From a virus (lineage: Duplodnaviria > Caudoviricetes), in the IMG/VR virus record IMGVR_UViG_3300037714_000168, positions 1 through 40,448 of that record: DNA of 40,448 nucleotides; one strand, written 5' to 3'. The position numbers were made by a program, and so were the translations under genes. Positions 9,661-15,967 of the stretch are shown piece after piece (the first letter of the stretch is position 1; each line of letters begins with the position of its first letter). The notes under the pieces are model-generated. The model did not search any database. It was not told the origin of the DNA and saw nothing but the letters and a program-made list of their open reading frames with translations.

Positions 9661-9972
9661 ATGGTTGTACGAACGATAGCCGCGGCGCTCGCCGTCTGGC
9701 TTGTTAACTTTCCGTTAGATTTGTGGGCTCAGCCCGCCCCGCCAGCCGATCCCCCTCCGAAATGCTACAGCGTTGCCGAGATCGGCGCGGCCTTGGCTGC
9801 CGAGACAGGTCAGGCCCTTGCCTATGAGGCTGTGACCAAGACAGGCACCCGGCTTGCCGTCTTTGTCGACAGCCGCGGTCTGTGGACCGTAGTTGTCACC
9901 AGCCGAAAGACCGGCTGTGCTGTGATCTTCGATTGGGGCGCGCACTGGTCCGTGCCCGGTGACGAAACGTGA
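9661..9972 (+). CDS. Exported hypothetical protein
   Basis: GAGG RBS; N-terminal hydrophobic signal; two Cys and G.WT..V...G.C...G..W pattern. Confidence 0.65.
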   Translation: MVVRTIAAALAVWLVNFPLDLWAQPAPPADPPPKCYSVAEIGAALAAETGQALAYEAVTKTGTRLAVFVDSRGLWTVVVTSRKTGCAVIFDWGAHWSVPGDET

Positions 9973-10157
9973 GACCGGACCTGGACGAACGCGACGAGCG
10001 GATCGCCCGGCGAGCCGAGGAATTGGTATTCCAGCGGGTCTATGCCGAGATCGGCCGGTCTGTCGTCAAGCGGGCGTGGTGGCTCTCCCTGGTAGCCCTG
10101 GCGGGGCTGCTGGGGGTGGCGGGCTACTTCGGGCTCGTCAAGGGGCCGCCGTCATGA
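9969..10157 (+). CDS. Small single-TM membrane protein (holin-like)
   Basis: GTGA overlap; charged N-terminus, C-terminal TM; lysis-region position. Confidence 0.55.
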   Translation: MRPDLDERDERIARRAEELVFQRVYAEIGRSVVKRAWWLSLVALAGLLGVAGYFGLVKGPPS

Positions 10158-10266
10158 GCGCCCGCCGTGGCGCGCCTCAGAGGCATGGGCAGGCGGGTCT
10201 TGTGGTGGCTCCTGCTGCTGCCGCTCAATCTGGTGACGGCCGGGCTGTGGCTCTGGCTCGAGCGCC

Positions 10267-10563
10267 GTGAAAAGCCTCATCTTCCTGCCCACTCAGTGCG
10301 CCCTGTCGTGGAACGGGAAAAGGCTGGACCTGAACGAAAATGAGACGGCGGTCCTGATCCTGCTGTCGGCCCGGCCCGGACACTGGTTCCTGTGGTCGGA
10401 GATCAAGAGCCATGCCGTGCAATACGGGTGGCCGGAACGGCGATTGGCGGGCTTGACCAGCGTTCTCTACAACGTGGCGTCGGCGCTCATCGGTACTACG
10501 GCATGGCTGGAGCGCAGCCCGGAGGACGCCTACAGGTTCATGGGAGAGATTGAGATCGGGTGA
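10267..10563 (+). CDS. Winged-helix protein resembling an OmpR/PhoB DNA-binding domain
   Basis: LSWNGKRLDLNENETAVLILLSARPG pattern matches the start of Trans_reg_C domains. Confidence 0.5.
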   Translation: MKSLIFLPTQCALSWNGKRLDLNENETAVLILLSARPGHWFLWSEIKSHAVQYGWPERRLAGLTSVLYNVASALIGTTAWLERSPEDAYRFMGEIEIG

Positions 10564-10565
10564 GG

Positions 10566-10588
10566 GGGCCGCCCTGCCTGAGCGGCCC
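10566..10588. terminator. GC hairpin between convergent genes
   Basis: GGGCCGC...GCGGCCC stem between stops at 10563 (+) and 10594 (-). Confidence 0.45.
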
Positions 10589-10593
10589 GGTGG

Positions 10594-10851
10594 TCACGCC
10601 CGGCGGGTGCCGCCCTTGTTGCCCTTCGGTCCCCGAGGACCGGCTGTGTTCGGTGACGGGCTCTCGGTATGCCCGGCGGGGCTGCTGTTGTTGTCAGGGT
10701 GGCCGCCAATGGACGCCCCGCCCTTGTTCATCGGACGCGGCGCCGTACTGCCCAGGAAGTTGTAGCCGGGCGTCACTGCCAAAGGGCCGCCGTTCGGATC
10801 AGACTGAGGCCGGCTGGCTGCGGCATCCCTATTTGGATCCCCTTTGCCCAT
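10594..10851 (-). CDS. Disordered Gly/Pro/Asn-rich hypothetical protein (85 aa), moron gene 2
   Basis: TGATG coupling to upstream gene at 10851. Confidence 0.55.
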   Translation of the reverse strand: MGKGDPNRDAAASRPQSDPNGGPLAVTPGYNFLGSTAPRPMNKGGASIGGHPDNNSSPAGHTESPSPNTAGPRGPKGNKGGTRRA

Positions 10852-11111
10852 CAGTCGATCACCCCGAGAGCCCAATCAAACTGGCTATCGGCCTCGGTCT
10901 TGATATCCGCCAGGGTATCCCAACGGCCGATGTTCTTGGCGTTCCACAGGCAGGCGACGATCAGGGATTCGTTGCCGTCGTACTTCTCGCTCTGGTTGGT
11001 CTTGACCCAGGTATACAGGGCCGCCGCCTGCGTCCTGACGTCGGCGACCGTCCACTGACTCGTCGAAATCACCAGGGCAAGGCATGCGGTGATGAGCTGC
11101 TCGTTATCCAT
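10851..11111 (-). CDS. Hypothetical protein (86 aa) made of two internal repeats, moron gene 1
   Basis: GGGGA RBS; NEQLITACL...W-TVADVRT.A....W versus NESLIVACL...WDTLADIKT.A....W. Confidence 0.7.
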   Translation of the reverse strand: MDNEQLITACLALVISTSQWTVADVRTQAAALYTWVKTNQSEKYDGNESLIVACLWNAKNIGRWDTLADIKTEADSQFDWALGVID

Positions 11112-11145
11112 TGTCTGATCCCCATGGACAGGTTGCGGTGGGGAG

Positions 11146-11174
11146 AACATAGCAGAAACACGGGCGAGCGTCTA
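11146..11174 (-). promoter_or_regulatory. Sigma70-type promoter for antisense moron
   Basis: Minus strand TAGACG-17 nt-TATGTT with TG extended -10. Confidence 0.5.
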
Positions 11175-11196
11175 TTATCGCAGGCAGGAGGCCGGG

Positions 11197-11421
11197 ATGA
11201 GTTTCACGCTGTCCGCCGGAGAGCTGATGATGCTGATCGCCCTGGTAGGCGGGGCGGTCGCGGCCGGCTGGTACAAGATGGAGCGGGGGGACGCGGCTGT
11301 CCGGGCTGAGGTCTCACGCCTGCGCCACCGGGTCTTCAACCTTATGCAGCATGTAAGCGCCCTGCATGCCCGGATGGGCATGTCCGAGCCGGATTGGAAG
11401 GACGGGGACGAGGAAGACTAG
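11197..11421 (+). CDS. Small membrane protein (holin/antiholin-like)
   Basis: GGAGG RBS; N-terminal TM then amphipathic helix and acidic tail. Confidence 0.6.
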   Translation: MSFTLSAGELMMLIALVGGAVAAGWYKMERGDAAVRAEVSRLRHRVFNLMQHVSALHARMGMSEPDWKDGDEED

Positions 11422-11430
11422 AACCGCGAA

Positions 11431-11456
11431 GGGCCGCCACCCGAAGATGACGGCCC
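11431..11456 (-). terminator. C(UUCG)G hairpin on minus strand; possible terminator or sRNA 3' end
   Basis: GGGCCGUCAUC-UUCG-GGUGGCGGCCC, 11 bp with two G-U pairs that work only on the minus strand. Confidence 0.55.
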
Positions 11457-11653
11457 TCAATTCGCGAAGAACTTCCTCTGAACCGGCATGGGCCGCCGGA
11501 GAAGGGCAGGCGTGCTTGCAGCGAGGGTCTCCGCCCTTTAGGGCGTGCCGGGCGCAACTTGCAACAAGGCCCTTAGCCCCCAAGGACGTCGCGTCCGGAC
11601 AAGCCCCACGAATTTACCCCAGCCGCCCCGGCGGCGCAACTAGGAGACTTTCT

Positions 11654-11866
11654 ATGAAGGGTTATCGCACGATCATCTTCAACGTGATCATGGCCGGCAT
11701 CATGGTCCTGTCGCAGTTCGGGCTTTTCGGCGACACGGTAGCCCCGGATGCCGCTGCGGTGAACCAGGGCCTTGATACGCTGGAGGTCATCCTGACGGCC
11801 GTCTGGGGTGCCGGCAATCTCGGCCTGCGGGCTGTGACCACCACGCCGGTCGGCAAGAGCGCCTGA
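11654..11866 (+). CDS. Holin-like protein
   Basis: AGGAG RBS; MKGYRTIIFN...NLGLRAVTTTPVG pattern, two hydrophobic segments. Confidence 0.65.
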   Translation: MKGYRTIIFNVIMAGIMVLSQFGLFGDTVAPDAAAVNQGLDTLEVILTAVWGAGNLGLRAVTTTPVGKSA

Positions 11867-11927
11867 TGCGGGGCATGTTCATGGCGGCGCTCCTGGTGGG
11901 CGCCGCCGGCCTCTCGCCGGAGTTGCC

Positions 11928-12041
11928 ATGACCGGCCTCGGGATCATCCTCGCGGCCGAGCACCTGTTCTTCTGGGCCGTTCTGGCAATCATGGCCGTGG
12001 CCCTGATCGGGGCGGTGGTGCAGTGGATGGTGGGGGAGTAG
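11928..12041 (+). CDS. 37-aa hydrophobic membrane peptide
   Basis: GGAG RBS, MTGLGIILAAEHLFFWAVLAIMAVALIGAVVQWMVGE. Confidence 0.45.
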   Translation: MTGLGIILAAEHLFFWAVLAIMAVALIGAVVQWMVGE

Positions 12042-12170
12042 CTGCGGGCCGGGCGCTACTCCGGCTCCCTATTCCCGGTCCGACCGCAGCCGGCCATCTT
12101 GCACGGTAGGGCGGCACACCCACCCCGGGGAGAATGCGCACTGCGTGTCTGCTTTCCACGCCGCCGCAGC
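12041..12170 (-). ncRNA. tRNA-like structured RNA with non-canonical D/T loops and expanded central region
   Basis: 7-bp acceptor GCUGCGG/CCGCAGC, 2-nt linker, D-arm GCGU/ACGC, T-arm GCCGG/CCGGC directly stacked on acceptor; no canonical anticodon arm or encoded CCA. Confidence 0.65.
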
Positions 12171-12177
12171 CCCACGA

Positions 12178-12384
12178 TTATGGAGCGTAACCGCCACAAT
12201 CACAAGGCCCAACCGGCAGCGCTGGTGCGTTATTGGTCGCGCAGTCTGACCAATGCTCGCTTCTGGCCCGCGCGTTTAACCCTGCGCAAAAGTAGGACGA
12301 ATGCACATCGACAGGCACACCCAAAACGCGATGCGCAAACCACATGGCCAAACGGAGGCGAAATCTTTGCGCGCCCGTCAACAT
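12178..12384 (-). CDS. Small Cys/His metal-binding phage protein
   Basis: GGAG RBS, ATG 12384; HWSDCATNNAPALPVGPCDCG motif. Confidence 0.6.
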   Translation of the reverse strand: MLTGAQRFRLRLAMWFAHRVLGVPVDVHSSYFCAGLNARARSEHWSDCATNNAPALPVGPCDCGGYAP

Positions 12385-12529
12385 TGTTAGAACTCCAAAA
12401 CAGAGACAACCGCAGCCCTCAAACCCTAGCAGCCACCGCGAGGATTTGCAACGATGAAGCCCGACGATATCCGCCAGCGCATGCGCGCCAAATGGCCTGT
12501 CGAGCTGGCGACCGGCGATCCGGTGTAGC

Positions 12530-12748
12530 CTACGCCAGCCGCCATACCCTGATTCCCGGCACCGGCGCGCGCTCGACACGTTGGGTGAACTTCAGCCCAT
12601 GTTCCGCCTTAAGCCGGTTTAGCGACCGGCCGATCCGGCACTGCACAAGGTACGTGGGCTCGCATTCGTACAGGATATCGTCGCCCACCAGCATATCCCA
12701 CCAGGGGTATTTACGCAGGCAGCCGACCTTCGCAGGAACCGGCCTCAA
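12530..12748 (-). CDS. Small phage protein, probable DNA-binding
   Basis: GGAGG RBS, TTG overlapping upstream stop; KYPW..M.VGD...F..R....GIRVWR pattern. Confidence 0.6.
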   Translation of the reverse strand: MRPVPAKVGCLRKYPWWDMLVGDDILYECEPTYLVQCRIGRSLNRLKAEHGLKFTQRVERAPVPGIRVWRLA

Positions 12749-13200
12749 CGCACCCGCCTCCACTCGCTGCCGTAGGCCGAGAGCGGAGTGATGGTGCCGA
12801 GCTGCCGGTCCAGGCAGATGGGGCTCTCCTGGCCTTCCAGGGTGGCACAGAGCGCCATGTGGGGCTCGCCGTCCAGGCCGTAGCCCAGGTAGTAGCCCAA
12901 CGCCTCACGGGGCCATCTGCGGGCTTCCAAGGCCCGTGCCGCCCAGCGCGCCCAATCCTCGCAATCGAACTTGCCATCCGTCATCGGCCACGCCGGCTCC
13001 GGGATCGTGGCGGCCCGGCGCATCTCGGCATGCACGCCGACCAGATCGGCGAGGGCTGGCGGCTCGGCCAGGGCCGGGGCGGCGAGGAGGAGGGTGAGGG
13101 CGGGCAGTGCAAGAAATTTTCCATAATGCCTATTACGGCGAATAGCCCCGGATAACTTGGTTCGTTCCTTGGCCGCAACGTTGAAGCCGACTCCAAACAT
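12745..13200 (-). CDS. Exported transglutaminase-like cysteine peptidase (BTLCP/LapG, Peptidase_C93-like)
   Basis: DCEDWA (Cys), GEPHMAL (His), CLD (Asp) triad pattern; signal-like LALPALTLLLAAPALA; start codon uncertain. Confidence 0.65.
   Translation of the reverse strand: MFGVGFNVAAKERTKLSGAIRRNRHYGKFLALPALTLLLAAPALAEPPALADLVGVHAEMRRAATIPEPAWPMTDGKFDCEDWARWAARALEARRWPREALGYYLGYGLDGEPHMALCATLEGQESPICLDRQLGTITPLSAYGSEWRRVR
13116..13143 (-). other. dif-like Xer site A (good XerD arm, degenerate XerC arm)
   Basis: Minus strand ATTCGCCGTAA-TAGGCA-TTATGGAAAAT; right arm 9/11 identical to E. coli dif XerD arm TTATGTTAAAT. Confidence 0.55.
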
Positions 13201-13316
13201 CCGATCCGGGACCAAACTGTGGTAGAGAACAAACCGTGATGTGAATCACGGGGAAACCGGGGAGAAAGTTACTAACAAATTGGAGTCGCAACGAACGTAA
13301 TTTGTATAAGAATCTG

Positions 13317-13344
13317 ATTTCGCATAATGTATAATACAGTAACC
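13317..13344 (+). other. dif-like Xer site B, candidate attP (good XerC arm and core, degenerate XerD arm)
   Basis: ATTTCGCATAA-TGTATA-ATACAGTAACC; 13 consecutive nt CGCATAATGTATA identical to E. coli dif; AT-rich intergenic island. Confidence 0.75.
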
Positions 13345-13367
13345 AAAGTATTCAACGCAACATCTAG

Positions 13368-13715
13368 TTACCGCGCAACGCCGTTACGTTTGCTATTATA
13401 GACCTCTGGCCTTTGCCGCGGCAAGAGTTGCTCCCGTATTCGCGCCCTGGGCTCTTTCAGCTCCCACTTGAGCTGACGGAACCGGGTAACAGGCGGGGTC
13501 GCTACGGCAAGTGCTGCCCGTTCGTACGCCGCCGCCATTACTCGCAGGGCATCTGCGACCGCGCGGTAAGTCGTGCCGTCTCCCTCGATTGGAAGATCGA
13601 CCCTGAGCGGCTTCAGGTCGGCCAGCCGCCGCTCCCATTCCGTCAGTTCGCCAGGCACATGCACTTCCTTCGGTCGGCGCGCCATCACATCCTCTGGGGT
13701 CATCCAGGTTTCCAT
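13368..13715 (-). CDS. Hypothetical protein at the integrase position next to the dif-like site
   Basis: AAAGGAG RBS; 115 aa; stop 23 nt from site B; no tyrosine or serine recombinase motifs. Confidence 0.7.
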   Translation of the reverse strand: METWMTPEDVMARRPKEVHVPGELTEWERRLADLKPLRVDLPIEGDGTTYRAVADALRVMAAAYERAALAVATPPVTRFRQLKWELKEPRARIREQLLPRQRPEVYNSKRNGVAR

Positions 13716-13751
13716 GCGTACTCCTTTCCTGGTCTGTGGGGTAGGGGAGGG

Positions 13752-14135
13752 TCATGCCTCGAAATCCTTGATGCGTCTGTCCATCATGGCCCGGAATGCA
13801 GCCGGCGTGACCTTCAGCCCGTGCTTGCTGTAGCAGTCACAGTCGGGAGCGAAGCACAGTTGATCGAGCGACGTGTCCGTTGCCGGCAGGCCGGTGCAGA
13901 TGACGGGGATTCCGGTGTCGATCATCTCGGGTGTGGCATCGCGGGTGCCCTTGAGGACGGCCTGGATCAGCTTGCCGGCATCCTCAGAAAACATCTGCCA
14001 TGTCTGGTCGACATACGCCTGCTCCGATGCACAGCCACATCTGCGCCAGCGCGGGCGGCTCAGGTGTCCGCCAGAAACCCACATCCCGGCGAGCATCCTC
14101 GACACCTGTTCGACAAGCTCGTCGGCGGCCTTCAT
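13752..14135 (-). CDS. Hypothetical protein, shares termini with neighbour (DELVEQV...RIKDFE)
   Basis: ATGA coupling; terminal similarity to 14132-14374. Confidence 0.65.
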   Translation of the reverse strand: MKAADELVEQVSRMLAGMWVSGGHLSRPRWRRCGCASEQAYVDQTWQMFSEDAGKLIQAVLKGTRDATPEMIDTGIPVICTGLPATDTSLDQLCFAPDCDCYSKHGLKVTPAAFRAMMDRRIKDFEA

Positions 14136-14374
14136 GTCTCGAAATCCTTGATGCGCTCGCCGATCATCGCTGAAATTTCCATGCCGCCGTCCTGCCATCC
14201 TGCCGTCCAATCACCGCGATGCCCGAGCGGTTCGGCAGATGGCGGGTTGTCGGCAATCACGTTGATCTCCGGCAGCACGCCCTTGAGGGTGGCCCGGATG
14301 GCGGCGCGGGCTTGGCCGCGCGAAATGACAGCGGCATCAGCCACCTGTTCGACAAGCTCATCCCGGTCAGTCAT
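14132..14374 (-). CDS. Hypothetical protein (MTDRDELVEQV...RIKDFET)
   Basis: GAGG RBS; coupled to neighbours. Confidence 0.65.
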   Translation of the reverse strand: MTDRDELVEQVADAAVISRGQARAAIRATLKGVLPEINVIADNPPSAEPLGHRGDWTAGWQDGGMEISAMIGERIKDFET

Positions 14375-14564
14375 CGGCTTTGTCCTCTGTGGGCTGGCGG
14401 CCGGTGCCGTGGCAGGTGGGGCAGCAGTCTTGATCCGGGTGGCTGCTCTGGCGTGGGCCGCAACACCCAACCCCACCGCACTCAAATTCGGCTTGCTGGC
14501 AACATTCCTGATGCGGCACTTCAATCTCTACGAGACCGCTGCCGCCGCACGTCGGACACGTCAT
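14367..14564 (-). CDS. Cys-rich zinc-finger protein (DnaJ-like CxxCxGxG x2)
   Basis: CPTCGGSG and CPTCHGTG motifs. Confidence 0.7.
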   Translation of the reverse strand: MTCPTCGGSGLVEIEVPHQECCQQAEFECGGVGCCGPRQSSHPDQDCCPTCHGTGRQPTEDKADD

Positions 14565-14866
14565 GTCGGCTCCTTGGCGAGGGCTCTGATTGCATTGGCA
14601 TGCAGGCGGTGCAGCATGGCCGCTCGGCCGGCCCCGTTGGTTTTATCCCCCATCGCTGCCCGCTGAAACAGGGCCGCCTGTGTATCGTGCCACTGCGCCG
14701 CTAGTTCCAGCGCCGCCGTCTTCGCATCGGCCAGCGCGAGGGCGATGCGGGAATTGGTTTCTTCTAGTTTGTCAGACGTGAGCCAGCCCAAAAGCGGCTT
14801 GGTAATTTCAACGGCCTTCTCCCGCTCGGCGGCTGTGGGAGTAGGTGTGGTTTTATTTCCTATCAT
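14561..14866 (-). CDS. Hypothetical protein
   Basis: Coupled ORF; ALELAA...ANAIRAL pattern typical of small early phage proteins. Confidence 0.6.
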   Translation of the reverse strand: MIGNKTTPTPTAAEREKAVEITKPLLGWLTSDKLEETNSRIALALADAKTAALELAAQWHDTQAALFQRAAMGDKTNGAGRAAMLHRLHANAIRALAKEPT

Positions 14867-15014
14867 TTAACATTTCCTCATAGTCGCGAGAGCACTTACA
14901 GATTTCGCCTTTAAAAGGGCATTGAATATACTTTTTAAAAGATGGTGCTCCACCAGCATATGCACAGAAAAACTCCTGTGCTTTCGCCAGATAGGCGGCT
15001 GTGGGCGTGGTCAT
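14853..15014 (-). CDS. AT-rich hypothetical protein (53 aa)
   Basis: GAGG RBS, ATG 15014; markedly AT-richer than flanks. Confidence 0.5.
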   Translation of the reverse strand: MTTPTAAYLAKAQEFFCAYAGGAPSFKKYIQCPFKGEICKCSRDYEEMLNDRK

Positions 15015-15094
15015 TCCTCGCTCCACAAATAAAAGAATAGAACAATCAAAATCGATCCCGAAAACCAAAGACCGATCCAAGGTAATACACTCAT
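15011..15094 (-). CDS. 27-aa TM peptide
   Basis: GAGGGTGAG RBS; MSVLPWIGLWFSGSILIVLFFYLWSEE; ATGA overlap. Confidence 0.45.
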   Translation of the reverse strand: MSVLPWIGLWFSGSILIVLFFYLWSEE

Positions 15095-15095
15095 C

Positions 15096-15389
15096 TCACC
15101 CTCCCTGCCCCGGCGCGCCGTCGAGGGCGCGGATCGCAGCATATCCAGCTTGGACAGCAGCCACCTTGCGCTTGAACGCGGCCCAATGCTCGAAGTCTTC
15201 TTTGTCGTCCAGCGCCTCAACGTTGTCGGCCGCGAGTAGCTCAACCAGCGCATCCGCTACGGCCTGTAGCAGGAGGAGATGCTGAGCGATGCTGAAATGG
15301 TCCATCTCTTCTGGCTGAAGCGGATATCCGTTCTCGACCGCGTTCACAAAGCGCCGCGCCAGCGCAACGGTTGGGTGCTCGGGGGTCAT
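15096..15389 (-). CDS. Hypothetical protein
   Basis: 97-aa ORF with GGAG RBS in operon. Confidence 0.6.
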   Translation of the reverse strand: MTPEHPTVALARRFVNAVENGYPLQPEEMDHFSIAQHLLLLQAVADALVELLAADNVEALDDKEDFEHWAAFKRKVAAVQAGYAAIRALDGAPGQGG

Positions 15390-15392
15390 GGC

Positions 15393-15545
15393 CTATTCTC
15401 CCAACGGACACATAAGACGGTCGAACAGTTTAAATCTCAGCAGCGCCCAATCCTTCTCCGGGCCATCCTCCATAAGACGAATACGTTGTTCTTCTGCGTT
15501 GCACGTTTTCTGGTAATCAAAAGCGCGATCTTTCGGACCAATCAT
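15393..15545 (-). CDS. Hypothetical protein (50 aa, MIGPKDRAFDYQ...)
   Basis: Read from sequence; fills gap, ATGA overlap with upstream gene, GGAG RBS. Confidence 0.5.
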   Translation of the reverse strand: MIGPKDRAFDYQKTCNAEEQRIRLMEDGPEKDWALLRFKLFDRLMCPLGE

Positions 15546-15967
15546 AGCTCCCCACCCTTCGCCTCGGCGGGGAGGGCGGCTCGGGCATGGGAAACTATGT
15601 CATCCAGCGTAGCCGCCATGGCCGCATCTCCGTTGCGCGTTGCCTTTTCCGCATGATTGGCAATCTCCGCTAGCGCCTCCCGCACCGCCAGCAATTCCGC
15701 CGCGAGCTGTGGGGCGAGGTTGTAGCCGGCAGCAAGGAGCTTAGCGTTAGCCTCGCATTCAGCATTGGTCATCCCAACGCGCCTGGAAGCCCACGCAACA
15801 ATGCCGCGCGACGGGTTGGTAATCCGTAGCTCATCGTTCGATGCGATAACCCCACAGCCGCCTTCTATGCCTTTCCCCCACGCCTTTTCTTCAGCTACTA
15901 CCGGCCCCGGCGTCGCCTTCTCGCTCAGCCCCACCAGCCGCCGCAGTTCTTCATCTGTGATGGTCAT
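15542..15967 (-). CDS. Ead/Ea22-like early protein
   Basis: EELRRL...EKATPGP...EANAKLLAA motif. Confidence 0.65.
   Translation of the reverse strand: MTITDEELRRLVGLSEKATPGPVVAEEKAWGKGIEGGCGVIASNDELRITNPSRGIVAWASRRVGMTNAECEANAKLLAAGYNLAPQLAAELLAVREALAEIANHAEKATRNGDAAMAATLDDIVSHARAALPAEAKGGEL

Noticed and set aside
3800-10640. GPKG near the C-termini of three unrelated proteins
   Set aside because: Four-residue match in Gly/Pro/Lys-rich tails is plausible by chance
10560-11309. 249-aa Cys-rich plus-strand ORF
   Set aside because: Overlaps the better-supported minus-strand moron that has a promoter, RBS and coupling
12041-12170. Canonical tRNA or tmRNA gene
   Set aside because: No canonical T-loop, anticodon arm, CCA or tag reading frame; kept only as a tRNA-like RNA
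13227-13242. Alphaproteobacterial LexA box (GAAC-N7-GAAC)
   Set aside because: Reads GAAC-AAACCGT-GATG; the second half has two mismatches
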